64,000 nt of DNA, taken from positions 248,001-312,000 of the forward strand of contig DF236964.1 of NCBI GenBank assembly GCA_000708835.1, given 5' to 3'. This DNA comes from Klebsormidium nitens. Its lineage: Eukaryota > Plantae > Klebsormidiophyceae. Below, one piece after another: positions 47,258-59,300 of the stretch. The notes under the pieces are model-generated. The model ran no database searches. It had not been told where the DNA came from and saw only the letters and a program-made list of their open reading frames with translations. A program made the position numbers and the translations under genes. Numbering within the stretch: the stretch's first letter is position 1; the number at the start of each line of letters is the position of its first letter.

Positions 47258-49547
47258 TTACCCTAATTCTTGTATCCTCGACCGCTTTTTTGATTGACGG
47301 CCTTTCGACTCTGGCTCCGATTGCCGCGTTTGACCAGCACTCTTCACAGAACCCAACGAATCCTCCTCCGTTCCTTCCTTTCCTTCTTCTTCGCTGCTCT
47401 CGTCCTCGTCGTTCGCTTCGTGCCTGTCGCTCGGACCACAGCTCTGCCCGTTCATTGCCCGCTCCGCAGCAGCAAGCGCTTCAGGTGTCTTCAGCTCAGC
47501 CACTCCCAGAGCCAAGTCCTGCATAGAGTGAAGTGTAAGAACTCTCCGGCATTTTCGACTACAGTGTGTGCAAACGACTTCCTCACTTGTATCCTTGTAA
47601 TCCAAGTCTGAGCCGCTCGAAGGACATGATTCAGGACGATTGAAGTTACAGTCTAGCGTCGGAGAAGGAGTCGGCTCCACACGGCCTACGGAGCCACACA
47701 GTGAAGACGTAACGGGTGCTTTGTGCTGCGATTCGGTATATGTACCCAGTGCGCTCATCTTTGGCAGTCGTTAATTTGGAAACATATCCCGACGCTCCCT
47801 ATGGGGCCTCTCAATACGAATCTTGCCATCGTGGTGCATACCTTGAAAGGCGGCGCATGCCAAATTAGTCGTGTATGTGATGCATCCAAGCACTCGAGAA
47901 ATAAGGAATTTTGAGACCAAGTTCGTCTTTTGTATGTCAGCAAAACAGAGACTTCAAACGTTTGGTTCTTGCAGCCTAGACACTCCGTATGTCTGGTTTC
48001 GAGTTAAGCCAATGTTACACCCATCGCTGAGAAAGTATTCCTCCCTGGAGATCTTCGAGCAGGACCTTCTGGGCTGCCAATCAACTCGATCAAAGCACGT
48101 GAGCCCACTCGTCCATTGAAGTGATCGCGTATCAGACACTACATTTAAGGGCATGTGGCCAATGAAAGCGCTCACCATCTCTATGTGAGGCTCGTCATTT
48201 TCTCCCGCGTCTGCCTCGATGTCAAACGATTCCCTCGGCTTGTCCTGTAGCAGCAGAAAGGGCCCTTTCTTGAACCGGTCACATAACCATTTTTGTCACT
48301 CTGCTCGTCAGCTTTTCAGTCTCGTTTGCTAGGCGAGAGCCCTCAGAAAGGTCACCCCTTTCGCACCAGTCTTGGAGACCAACAGTATTGTTGTGTTGTC
48401 CGAAATCTGAATACTGGACTTCTGCCCCTCATGCCAAAGTGTCCTAACAACAAATGCTAGGTCTCTGGAAGGCTCTTATAAGCACAGTACACGCTCCTCT
48501 AAAAGGAGGGAGCCGGACCTTGGTGGGTAGTATTCCAAGACGGATCAATGCCAATCTGACCTGAAGGATTCAATGCTAGCATAGAAAAGTCAAGCAGGAA
48601 GACAAGGTCAACGCTCTCACAATGAAAAACCTCAGATCTGAGAGATATACATGAAGAAGCACAGTCCAGCGGCGGTTCCAGATACGCTGTTGTTCCGCTT
48701 CTAGAACCAGTGCAAACAGGCGCCAATAAATCATAAGCGCGAATAGCCCACCTTCATTTCATCTTCCAGCTTCGCATTCGCTTGCGCCATCTCCGGAAGG
48801 AAGTTCTTTAGGCGGGACAGAACTGCAGAAATACATAGGCAGGAAATAGTCACGTACGAAGGATAATCTGCGGAACAACCCCAACTCCTCTGTCCTCGTC
48901 AAAAGATCAGATGGGAGCACAAGCACGGACACTTGAAGCCCCTAACCCCCTTCTTTCCCTTCTCTCAAGTTTCGTGTTGTATCGGTGATGAAGTTCATGA
49001 GTAGTGGCTGCCTCAAGCATTGGTGCCGGGAGGCCTGTTAGAAAGTCAGTTTGAAGTGGTTACAAGGGAAAACATGCTAAATGAAGCAACATGCTCCCGT
49101 CTTTAGGCACAGCTTATGGGCATCCCAGTACTTTTTCCGGGCGCACTTCCCCACTTCGCTTTGTGCGGTTTCTTGTGACACCCTTCAATCTTGCAAGTGT
49201 CTTGATCACACAGAACCACCATACAAAAGAACAGCAACATCTTCAACACTTCCGTACATGACTTTCCACATACCCACTCGATCCTAACTTCGCCCAATGC
49301 ATGCATGGTAAGAGCCCACTTGACTCAGAACAAGCCTGTCCTACCGACGAGTGACAACCATAACCTCTTAGAGTGTCAATGCAACCCCAAGAAGAAAGAA
49401 AGAAAACCCTTTGTTGAAAGAAAGCTCACTGCTGCTCTCAGCCACTGGTCCAATGTTTGGACGGGCGCGGTCCTCTGCCGTCTGCTGCGCCAGCAGCAAA
49501 ACCCCCGGCGGTGCATTTGTCACACCCAGGAGGTCTCTGCTTGTCAT
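47258..49547 (-). CDS. NOPCHAP1 / DUF4598-like box C/D snoRNP assembly factor, 4 exons
   Basis: Exons (minus) 49547-49430, 48822-48752, 48244-48176 and 47518-47258 are phase-compatible. MTSRDLL...ESSILSRLKNFLPEMAQANAKLE...FDIE...EPHIEMDLALGVAELKTPEALAAAE plus an acidic/basic tail matches my recollection of the DUF4598 pattern (LsrlxxFLpxmxxANxxL...DIE...YIEMxLxLGv). Confidence 0.75.
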
Positions 49548-50343
49548 GACTCTTGATTGTTTGTGAGCTGTGAACACACTTTGTTCTTTCGTGCTGATCT
49601 CAAGAAGATCGGATCTCTTCCTGTCTGTTCTACCACCAGCAACTACACGGGCTGATGTTGCAGAGAAAGTGCAAAATGTCAGATCATCGGCATTCACGAT
49701 TGCTTTTCAAGAGTATTGCAAGCAACAAGCTCCTCTTAAGGATCGGAGCAACTTTCACACCACTTCCATTGCAGCATTGCTTGACAAGCTTGTCCTCTGC
49801 ACGTCCGTGTGCCAGCCCAACTGACGCGCCTACTCCCCTCCAGAACCTGTTCCGCTGACAGGAAAGACGTCTCACAGCACCAAATTTGAAAGCAGAAGGA
49901 GTAAGCAGAAGTGGCAAAAGAGAGGCCCACATTCCAAAGACTGTGCATATGGAATCCAGCTTCAACGAGTTCAAGTTCAAGCCCTGCTAGCTAGAAACGA
50001 GTGGATTCTGAGACGTTAATTTCAAGTCTCTGCAAGCCGAGGGCTCAGATCGACCCTCCGGAGCCCGCAGCTTCAGCCCCTTGCATGCGTACGATGAAGC
50101 ATAAGAACATCGGACGGTTCAGAAAGTATAGAGTTTGGCTTCTCTGCCAAGTCGGCATTCCCAGAGAAGAACTTCCAACTTTGAAGGAAGGCGATTCAAG
50201 CGTTGTTCACAGTTCAGCGCTTTCGAGGGGAGAGCTAAACTTGGGCGATTCGGAAAGCCCTCCTTTGATCCTCTGACAACATGCACTTGAAACACCAACA
50301 GTAGGAGAAGGGTTTGAGCAGCTTCCTTGAGGATAAAGTGCCA

Positions 50344-53300
50344 ATGGCATCTGCAATGCTGTCCTGTCGGTTGTCCGCTGATGGCATCCACTTTGCACAG
50401 CGAATGCAGGCAACCCCCACATTGGATAGCGTGCAACCAAGCTGCGCAGGCGCAGGCTTCTTTTCAAGGAGGTTTTGTTTGACTAGCTACGCATCGATTG
50501 GAGGCTCTAGAGGTTTTGAGCTCCAAAGAAGAGCAGGGAATTTTTCTAAAGCTGCTGCTCTTGAGCGGAAAGCAATTCGAGCAACGGCTGTAGAGGCTGA
50601 GGTGGAGCAATGGACCGCTGACAAGCTCATTGACGCCAGTGAGGAGTTCAAGGCCAAGGCGCTCATAAAGTCCAGGGAGCAGGTGAGGGTGGCATCAAAG
50701 CAGGGATACAGGGTGCACTTTGTGATGTGCTCTCTATAGGATTAGCTTTCCTTTTTTTCAAGGGCCACATCATGTGCCAACAGGACTGACTGCCAACAGA
50801 AATGTCAAAAGAGTAGCCCTTGTTGAAAAATCGAAAATTTGGTTAAAACCGAGGTGGTTTGAAAGACTGGAAGAAACTCCTTGAAGACAGATCATGTATA
50901 ATCTTCTTTTGCAGTGGTGGTTGTTGCCTTGGCAATGGAGAACTTGTTAAGCACCTGCTAACGACTTTAGAGTATGCACCTCATGAGCTAGACCTCGCGG
51001 TGATGATGTTCAAGATTTGTCTGCGGACTGTTACACCGAAAAGAAGTAGAATTTTGCAACAGTTTGCCCAAACCTGCCTGCAGAGGTTCCTCTAACCATT
51101 TTCAATTAATTTGGGTGAAATCCATTGACGTTATCAAAAAGAAGTGCATACTGAATGGTTCTGTCAGGTTGAAGTCAAGGTCTTCCCCACGTTGCACGCC
51201 TCTGAAACACAACACGGTACCTCTCCACAAATGTCCGCTGCTCCCTGTTTTCAGGATTTTCTTTAGCGGGAATGTTGAGCCGGTCAAATGACTGAGTGGT
51301 GGCTTAAGCAAACCGCATGCATGGCTACATAAAGCTGGCATCAGACGGCCTACCGTTTGATAGTATGGCTGTGTCCTTACCGTCCATTGCTGAACACTTG
51401 TGGTTTATGCTTCATGCTTTGCTTTTCTGCCAGGTTGAAGAGAAGGACTGCGTTTGAAGGCCCTGCTGCAGATATCTTTTCTGAAAAAATGTCAGCAAGT
51501 ACTGTATAACCTATCCTTGATCACCATGTCCCCTAAACACTCCACTGACAAGTAGTCTTGTCAGCATTGATGGCTTTTAAGTAAGCCATCTTACTTCGGA
51601 TCCGTCTATTGCCATGAGCCTTTTCAGCTTTTCTTCCACGAAAAAATCTTGCTTATAAAATTCCTTGATGCCAGGCAGCCGTTATAGGCTTCTGAAGCAT
51701 AACCACAAATGATCTGGGATGACACAAAAAGCTTAGAATGATCCCTATAGTCTGCCTGCGTGCAAGGTCCATCTGCTCCAGGTACAGTCCTAATGTGCCT
51801 CCCTTTCGTTTCCTTTGCTTGCCGCACATGGCAATCTGCTCTTCTCAATGGTTGGGTACAGAGTCTTCCAAAGACCTGTATCAGCTTTGTTTCAAAAAAG
51901 AACCGGGGCAATGAACTTGGCACGTCAGGCGCCATAAGCCGGCACATAATTTTGAGCCGCACATCAAGCCAAATGTTTGGCAGTTTTTCCACTTCCTAAT
52001 TGGTTCCAGCTGGTATCATTTAGAGGTGCCTACCCTACTCCCATCTTACTTTTACCGCTGTTTTTCCTGTCTGATCGAAGACAAATTACCTGGTTCTACC
52101 TGGTGTATTATCGGATCAAGGCTGTACGCATGTTTTGTCTCGCTGAACGTAAAGTGTCCTTGTAAGCGTTGACTAGCCATAACAAGTAGTAAAGTCAGTT
52201 CTGCTGAACTTGCATAAGCTGGGTGGTAAGGCAGCATTGCATTCTACTACATGAATGGAAAGGCGTCGTGAACACATCAAACTCGGGCCCCTTTTGGTCG
52301 AGGTTTTCTACACCGACCAGATAGTCGGTCGTTTTGCCCATTTTATTGGCTGTAGGCTGGTTTGAGGATTGGAAAATTCACGGAAGAGGGAAAGCTTCCC
52401 AGCACTTTGGGCAATTGAGTGGTGCATCCGGAGTGACTGAAGCATGCCACAAATTGGTCTGGTACATCCTTGCAAAGGAGCCCGGCGCAACCTTCATCAC
52501 TGCAGCCTGCTATCTTCGCTCGCCGATACGGATCGTTTTTTCTCTTATCACTCTCGTTCCCCCCGACCTTGTCCTTTGGTCAACCCTTGCCAGGGCTTTT
52601 GTTTTGAAGGCTGTTGAACAGTTGCAGGGGCAAGGACGAGCAATTGCTGGCATCAAGAATGTCAGATGTGGGTGATGCTTACTTGATGCCCTGGCGTTGC
52701 CTAAGGTTGCACGGTGCTTGTTTGCAGGACATGTTAAGACTCTGCCGCCTCAAGCATTTCAAATCGTGTTTCGTTTTTTGCACAATTGGGGCTTTTGTCG
52801 CACTAAGCCTTTCCGAGTCACCTATGGCATTTTTGCTGCCAGCCTTTTTGTCCTTCGGTCGTCGAAGCCCTTGCGTCGACCTCTTAAGAATCACGATTTC
52901 TTACCCGTATAGGCAGGTAGGGAGACTTATGCCGCTGCCTGGATTGTCAGGAACTGCGGTTGTTCTATCTGACCAGGTCATCACCGTTTATCCGGATCAC
53001 CTGCTGTAATATTCCGCTGTCTTTGATGGAAAAGCGTGCTCCGTGTTGCCTCTTAGGATGGTCGAAGTTTATGATCGGATGAATCGGTCAAGCAAAAGCA
53101 TTGTTCCAATGTCAACAGTGATAATTCAGGCTTTGATTAGCATAATCAGGATTGGACACCGTTCATTGTCAACGACCCTCGTCGACACGAGGTCTCCAAG
53201 ACCAAAGTCTGGTTGGAACAGAAGATCAAGCGAGCGTCAGGGAAGCTGGCACACTTGTCTAGTCTACTTTTCGGTACTCAAATATTCAACTATGATTTCC

Positions 53301-56300
53301 GTGCAGTATGACGAAATGTACAAGCGGTCCGTCGAGGATCCGGACGGCTTCTGGAGCGATATTGCGTCCGAGTTTCACTGGGAGCAGAAGTGGGACTCGA
53401 GCAAGCCGGCGTCGTCCTGGAACTTGGACGTCCGAAAGGGGCCCATCTACGTCGAGGCAAGTGGGAGCGTTGCATCACTCTGCGGTTGCTGCTCAATGAG
53501 TCGTTTTGGACGCCTTAAAGGGACTCGTCTCCGTCATGCCGAGTGAAGCTTGGCATTCCCCTGAGGCTATCGCTCAATCCGTCCTATTGGACATCCGAAA
53601 GAAGCCTATCCATGCCGGGGCAAAGTGGGACCGTGGTGCACAGTCTTTTCTAGACGCTGCTCATATTCGAACCTGGCCGCTTCGTTCGAGTTTGGTCAGC
53701 GAAACAACAGGGTTCTCATGTCGTCGGATGGCTGCGTCTGGTTGATCCATATTGGCAGCTGGGGCGAGAGGGCGTCGGTCCAGGCAACCAGCTAGCTTCG
53801 GCCTAACTTGCAAATCTGTACACAGAACGTCCCCTCGTTTCCTTCTTGAGCGTGTTTCTTCCAAAATGGGAACATGGCCCCACTTATAGTCTCTCTAATC
53901 TTCATCAAGTCCCTGTTTTTCTTGGCATTGCCTTTTACTTCGTCCCTTGAGGTTAGAAGCCCGGTCTCTCTTTCCGCTCTGCACACGACGAGTGAAAGTT
54001 TTGACTGACCTTGCGGGATCTATCAAAGGTTCCTCTTCAGATCACGTCGGCTACCTGGTCGATGGATGTCTGATGATGCTTCTCCTACGACGCATTGCGC
54101 TTTCGAGCCCCTCTTAGGAACCTTTTTCTGGGCCGAGAGAGGTTTCAAAGCAACACTCCCCGGGAGGTGGCACAAAGAGTTCCTTTCCGAACATAGCCTC
54201 TGTTTCTCCTTTGCAGTGGTTCAAGGGCGGCAAGACCAACATCGCGTACAACGCTGTCGACCGGCACGTGAAGGCGGGGCGGGGGGGCGAGACCGCCATT
54301 CTATGGGAGGGGAACGACGTTGGGCGGGATCGCAAGCTGACCTTCCAGCAGCTTCAGGACGAAGTCTGCCAGGTGCTTCCTCTGCTTCTTGTGGAATGAC
54401 CTCTCTGCCTCTTAGGCAACAGCCAACTATCCAACATCCATCCCCTCTGTAGTCAGTCAAATTGTGGGAGGAAACTGATGTGTTCCGGACCGTTTTCTGA
54501 CCTTCCAGCAGCTGCAGGACGAAGTGTACCAAGTGGAACATCTGTTACGCGTTTAAAAAAAATACCTGTGACGCTTCTTACGTTTGTTGCGATGTTATCT
54601 GAAAAACGGGAAGCCGCAGCGTTTGGTCAAGCCCTTGAACAGCTTTTGCCCTCCCACTTGTCCTACTGAACGAGCCTTGAGGAAAGAACAAGCGCCCTCC
54701 CGCCCACCCGTCCGTAAACATCTGCTTCAGTATTGGGCAGTCCGAGAACCTTGTACTGATCGAGGTGGGAACTCCAGTTGTTTACCTCGATGCCGAGCAA
54801 TCGGCAAGTCGTTTGAGCAGTCTGCGACACCAATTGAGAAGTCAAGATCCACAATTTCGCTTCTCCTAGAGGTTCTGGAAGGTATTCTGCCCGTCTGATC
54901 GAACGGAAGGCCGACAATATGATCCCCTGAGCATCACCGGTGTGCCTTTCTTTCCAGGTGGCCAATTACCTGCGCTCGATTGGTGTGAAAAAGGGCGACT
55001 CGGTGACGATCTACATGCCGATGCTGGCGGAGCTCCCGGTCACTATGCTCGCGTGTATGCGCATCGGAGCCGTCCATTCGGTGAGCCACGGCGTCTTCTT
55101 TACGACAGAACTCCGTTTGGAACGTGTCTGGTTGAGTTGCTATGGTCAATGCACAGGAGTTTTGGCCCTCTACTATTGACGATTCTGGGCTGGTTCTGGC
55201 TGGCTAGAAACTGGTTTTATGTTTTTTAACCAGGCTAGGGCGATGATTAGCCTTGGAACAAGGTTAAAGCGCGGTTAGTCGTTCGATAACCCAAGAGTGA
55301 AGCTGGTAGTCAGCCTGGTTAGCAGCCACAATTCCCTGTGTATGTACCCCAGCTGACTGATCGGTACCTGGGATCTAGCTGGCACTTGAGTGCTCAACGA
55401 AACCTAGGGGATCGGTCAGTCCACGAGCACCCGTTCTAAAGCTGTGCTCGTTAGCATTAAGCTACGGGTAGCTGGTCGGCTTTGGTCAAGCGTTAGGCTT
55501 AGTTAAGTGGATGGAAGGACCTTGAAAGCACGTGTGCGGTGTTCCAAAGGATCATCTTCCTAACTCTTTTCCGTTAAAGCTTGGTTTGCTTAGGATATCA
55601 TAAGAAGCCACCCGCAAGGACCTGATCAACGACTAATTGGTTTTCCATTCAAAAGATGCGCAAACATCGCAGCTGAATCAGACTAAAAATACCTCCTTAG
55701 GCTGGCTTGCGCAGACTCTTCAAACCCACTACTCCGCTTGCAGGTTGTTTTTGCCGGGTTTTCGGCTGACTCGCTGGCGGGCCGCATGATGGACTCCAAG
55801 CCCCGGGTGGTGCTGACGTGTTCTGCGGTCCGGCGCGGCAACAAAGTCATCGGCCTCAAGGAGATCGTCGACAAAGCGGCCGACATCTGCTCGAAGCAGG
55901 GCTTCGACGTGGGTAAGCGGTTGTGGCGTTTACAGCTGTAAAGTTGTCAGGGATTTCGCCCTGCTTCGACTTGGGTTAACGGTTTTAAAGACCAAAGCTG
56001 TAACCGCTGTAAGCGCATCGAGAGTGGGTTGATGCTCAGATGCCTGATACTTATTGGTCTGCCGCTTCCGATTGCTACCAGCAGCTTGTGAGACATCCGT
56101 TGCAATTTTGTCAATCACCAGTTTAAACGGCGGACAGACCGACCAGTTGAGGAGATTCAGGGCAGGCTCCAATCGTCCGGAACTTTCAAAATCTGGAATC
56201 TCAACGCGTTCAGAAGTTTCTCAGGATGGGGTGTATGGTGGGGTTGGCTGCAACGATTTCTTTTTCCTTAGAATATAAAATGCATTGAGAAAGATGCACA

Positions 56301-59300
56301 GCTGTCCTTTGCAGCCGGGCTGTATTTGTGCCTTCCAGTTATCCGTTTGGATACCCCGTCTGATCTGAAAGCCGGACTCTGCCGGAGGTGATTGAGCGGT
56401 TCCTTAGAACCCTCAAAGTGGCTCTATCTTGTCAATGACGCCATTTTTGATGCCCTTGCAGAGCGAGTACTCGTCTACGACAACGAGAACGCAATCTCTA
56501 GGGAGAAGACCCCCTGGAAAGACGGACGGGACGAATGGTGGCAGGCAAGTGGTCGACTGCTCACACCTCGGGTGGTCAGGAGGGTGCCGCCCTCGGCGAG
56601 CTTGTTGCGTTCTTGTAGAGGACCGTCCTGCAAACGAGTGGGGCAGAGTTCCTTGAGTATTCGGGTTTGGCTCCAAAAGTCGTCCATGAGGTTTGGATAT
56701 GAAGGTACTCAGCGCGCTGATCAGATCCTCTCGTTCAGCACTCTGCGCCACCACTACATCGAATGGAGATTTGAAATGCGTTCGTTTGACTCCCCATCTC
56801 TGCAGAGGAAGAAGCGATGAAGCTATTTCTGGTCGGGTCTTTATCTGACGAGTTATTTTCTCACTTTGCACAGGACCGAATACCCTCTTTTGAAACGGAG
56901 TCCCCGGTCGAGTGGGTGGACGCTGAGGATCCCAGCTTCATGCTGTACACCAGTGGCAGCACGGGAAAGCCAAAGGTGAGCTTTTAGTATTTAGAGACCT
57001 AGTACGTCAATAGTGCGACATTGAGTTCCGTTCGCAGCTTGGTCAGTTGGGAGGTATTCCGATCTTTCCGGACACGTTGCTCAGGTAGTCCCGGTCATCT
57101 TGTTCCAGTGGCATACGATTTCACGAATGGTAGGCGGTTGGATGCGATCGTCTGGTAACGGAGCATATATTTCTTTGACACGGCCTTTACAGATTCTCTG
57201 CCCATTTGAAGGGTTGTCATATGCTGGGCTGCCTTTTAGATGCCTCTCCTCTTTGCAGAAATGAGCGGTCGGTGTACGCTGGCCGAGCGACGCGCTTCAA
57301 GTGCTTCGTTTCCGATTGTCGTTCCTTTCTCAGCGGTTCGCTTAAGCATACGGAAGTTCTGAGTTTACGAACAGCCCTCTTGTTGTCGTCCTCTCAACGT
57401 CAAGCGCTGCTGCAGATCCAAAGCTAGAGTCTCCTTCAGCTAACAATCGTCCGTAGGATGTTTGCCATTTTCTGCACGCCTTTCTCTCTTTCTTCTGTCC
57501 GCGCGCACAATGTCTAGCACACGACTCGCTGGTACATGCTGGGCGCAGCAACAAAGTTGAACTTTTGCTTTCCGACACTTCTGTTTCGTCGGCCATATCT
57601 TAGAATGCTGGCTGGACGTTCGGACGCACTCTAACGTCTTCGGACACCTTCTGAGACTGTCCGCAGGGCGTCCTGCACTCTACCGCCGTGTGTATGCTGG
57701 GCGAAAAGAACTTCGAGCTTTCTTTCTCGACGCTTTTGTTCCATTCCCCGATCTTCGATACGCTTTTGACCTTTCGAACGGCCTTTTTGGACACCCTCTT
57801 GCGTCCTGCACATAAGCGGCGGCTACATGCTGGGAGCAGCGAACAAGCACACGGCTTCATTTCCGACCCCTCGAACCAAGATTCAAGTTTGATTTGCAGT
57901 TCCAAGGTTCGTACGCAATTCCCGCCTTTTGGGACAGTTTTTTTGGGCCGCAGAGCGGCCGTGGGTACATGGTAGACGCAACAGCAACAATCAAATCCCT
58001 CCATTTATTTGGAATGGATTGTCAACATTTGTTTCGGACGGATCATGAATTTTCGGAAATGTTCTTCCTTTGTCCGCAAGCCGTCCTGGATACATGCTGG
58101 GCGCCCTACGAGCTTCAAGTACATCCGCGACGATACTGGTCCATCACACGACTTCTTTAACTTCCGGACGCACTTTGGCGTTTCGGACGCCTCCTTTTTC
58201 TGTGCGTACGGCGTCCTGCACACGACCGGTAGGTACATGGTAGACGCAAACGGCAACCTTCAAACACTTCAATCGAACCTGATTTCCTTCGTCCTGTTTC
58301 CGTACTGGGTTTTGAACAATTGTGCCGGACAGCCTCCGGCATTTTGGACACTCTCTTCCCTTGTCCGTAGGGCGTCCTGCACACGACTGGCGGGTACGTG
58401 ATAGGTGCAGCAACCTTCAAGACTCCTTTCCAACTAGTCCTCCCATTGTTTTTCCTCGAGTACTTTGCCAACGGTCGTTTCTGACGCATCTTGGACGTTT
58501 CGGACACCTTCTGCCACTGTCCGCAAGGCGTTCTGCACACGACCGGCGGGTACATGCTAGGAGCCGCCACGAGCTTCATGTACAGCTTCGACGCTACTGA
58601 AATCCATCTGCCCCACTTTTTGAAGTTTCGGAAACATTTTGGCGTTTCAGACACTTTCTCTCTCTGTCCGTAGGGTGTCCTGCACACCGAGGAGGGCGTA
58701 CTGGCAATTTTCAGTTACTTACTTCGAACCGTAAATCTCCTTCGTCCGTTTCAGAATGGCTTTTCAGTACTTTTTTCGGACAGACTCTAAAATTGTGGAC
58801 ACTTTGTTCCTTGGTCTGCAGGGCGTCCTGCACACGACCGGTGGGTACATGCTAGGCGCTGCTACGAGCTTCAAATACATCTTCGACTACCGGCCCGGTG
58901 ACGTATACTGGTGCACCGCGGACTGCGGCTGGATCACAGGGCACACGTACCTGACGTACGGACCGCTGCTCAACGGCGCGTCTATCGTCGTCTTTGAAGG
59001 GGTGAGGAGAAACGGGCTCGGATTTGCTCTTGCCAACAGCTGAGGGATGGGTTTTTGCTGTCAAAAGTAGGTGCTGGAGTTGAAGTTAGGTTGGTTTTGG
59101 GGCACGCATCCCTCGGGATTGCGCGCTACTGATTGGCGTAGTCATTGTCGTGATTTCAAGACCATTGAAATGTTATGAAGCTGACTGATGGTAAAAGCTA
59201 TGGAAATGTGACGTTATCAAAGGCGTCTCTGCTTTGCCACTCAGCTGAGCGGTGCGGCGTTTTGTTTGAAGTGCTCTAAGAACATCAGAGTTGCGAAATG

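Noticed and set aside
48985-49080. C-box-like GTGATGA, also near 26668 and 55252, as intronic snoRNA candidates
   Set aside because: No properly placed D box and terminal stem; the 48986 motif is antisense to its host gene.
49814-49929. Site-II motifs (AGCCCA, GGCCCA) upstream of the DUF4598-like gene
   Set aside because: Six-mers are expected by chance, and no full telo-box lies nearby.
51430-51500. Cryptic exon in ACS intron 1
   Set aside because: The frame continuing from exon 1 stops within a few codons, and there is no ACS similarity.
52308-52680. Possible transposon remnant with a CPKC motif on the minus strand
   Set aside because: Interrupted by stops, with no transposase or RT motif, terminal repeats or TSD.
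57480-58720. ACS intron array as a CRISPR-like repeat-spacer locus
   Set aside because: Eukaryotic intron; the repeats are degenerate copies of the neighbouring exon start, the intervening sequence is homologous between units, and no cas genes are present.
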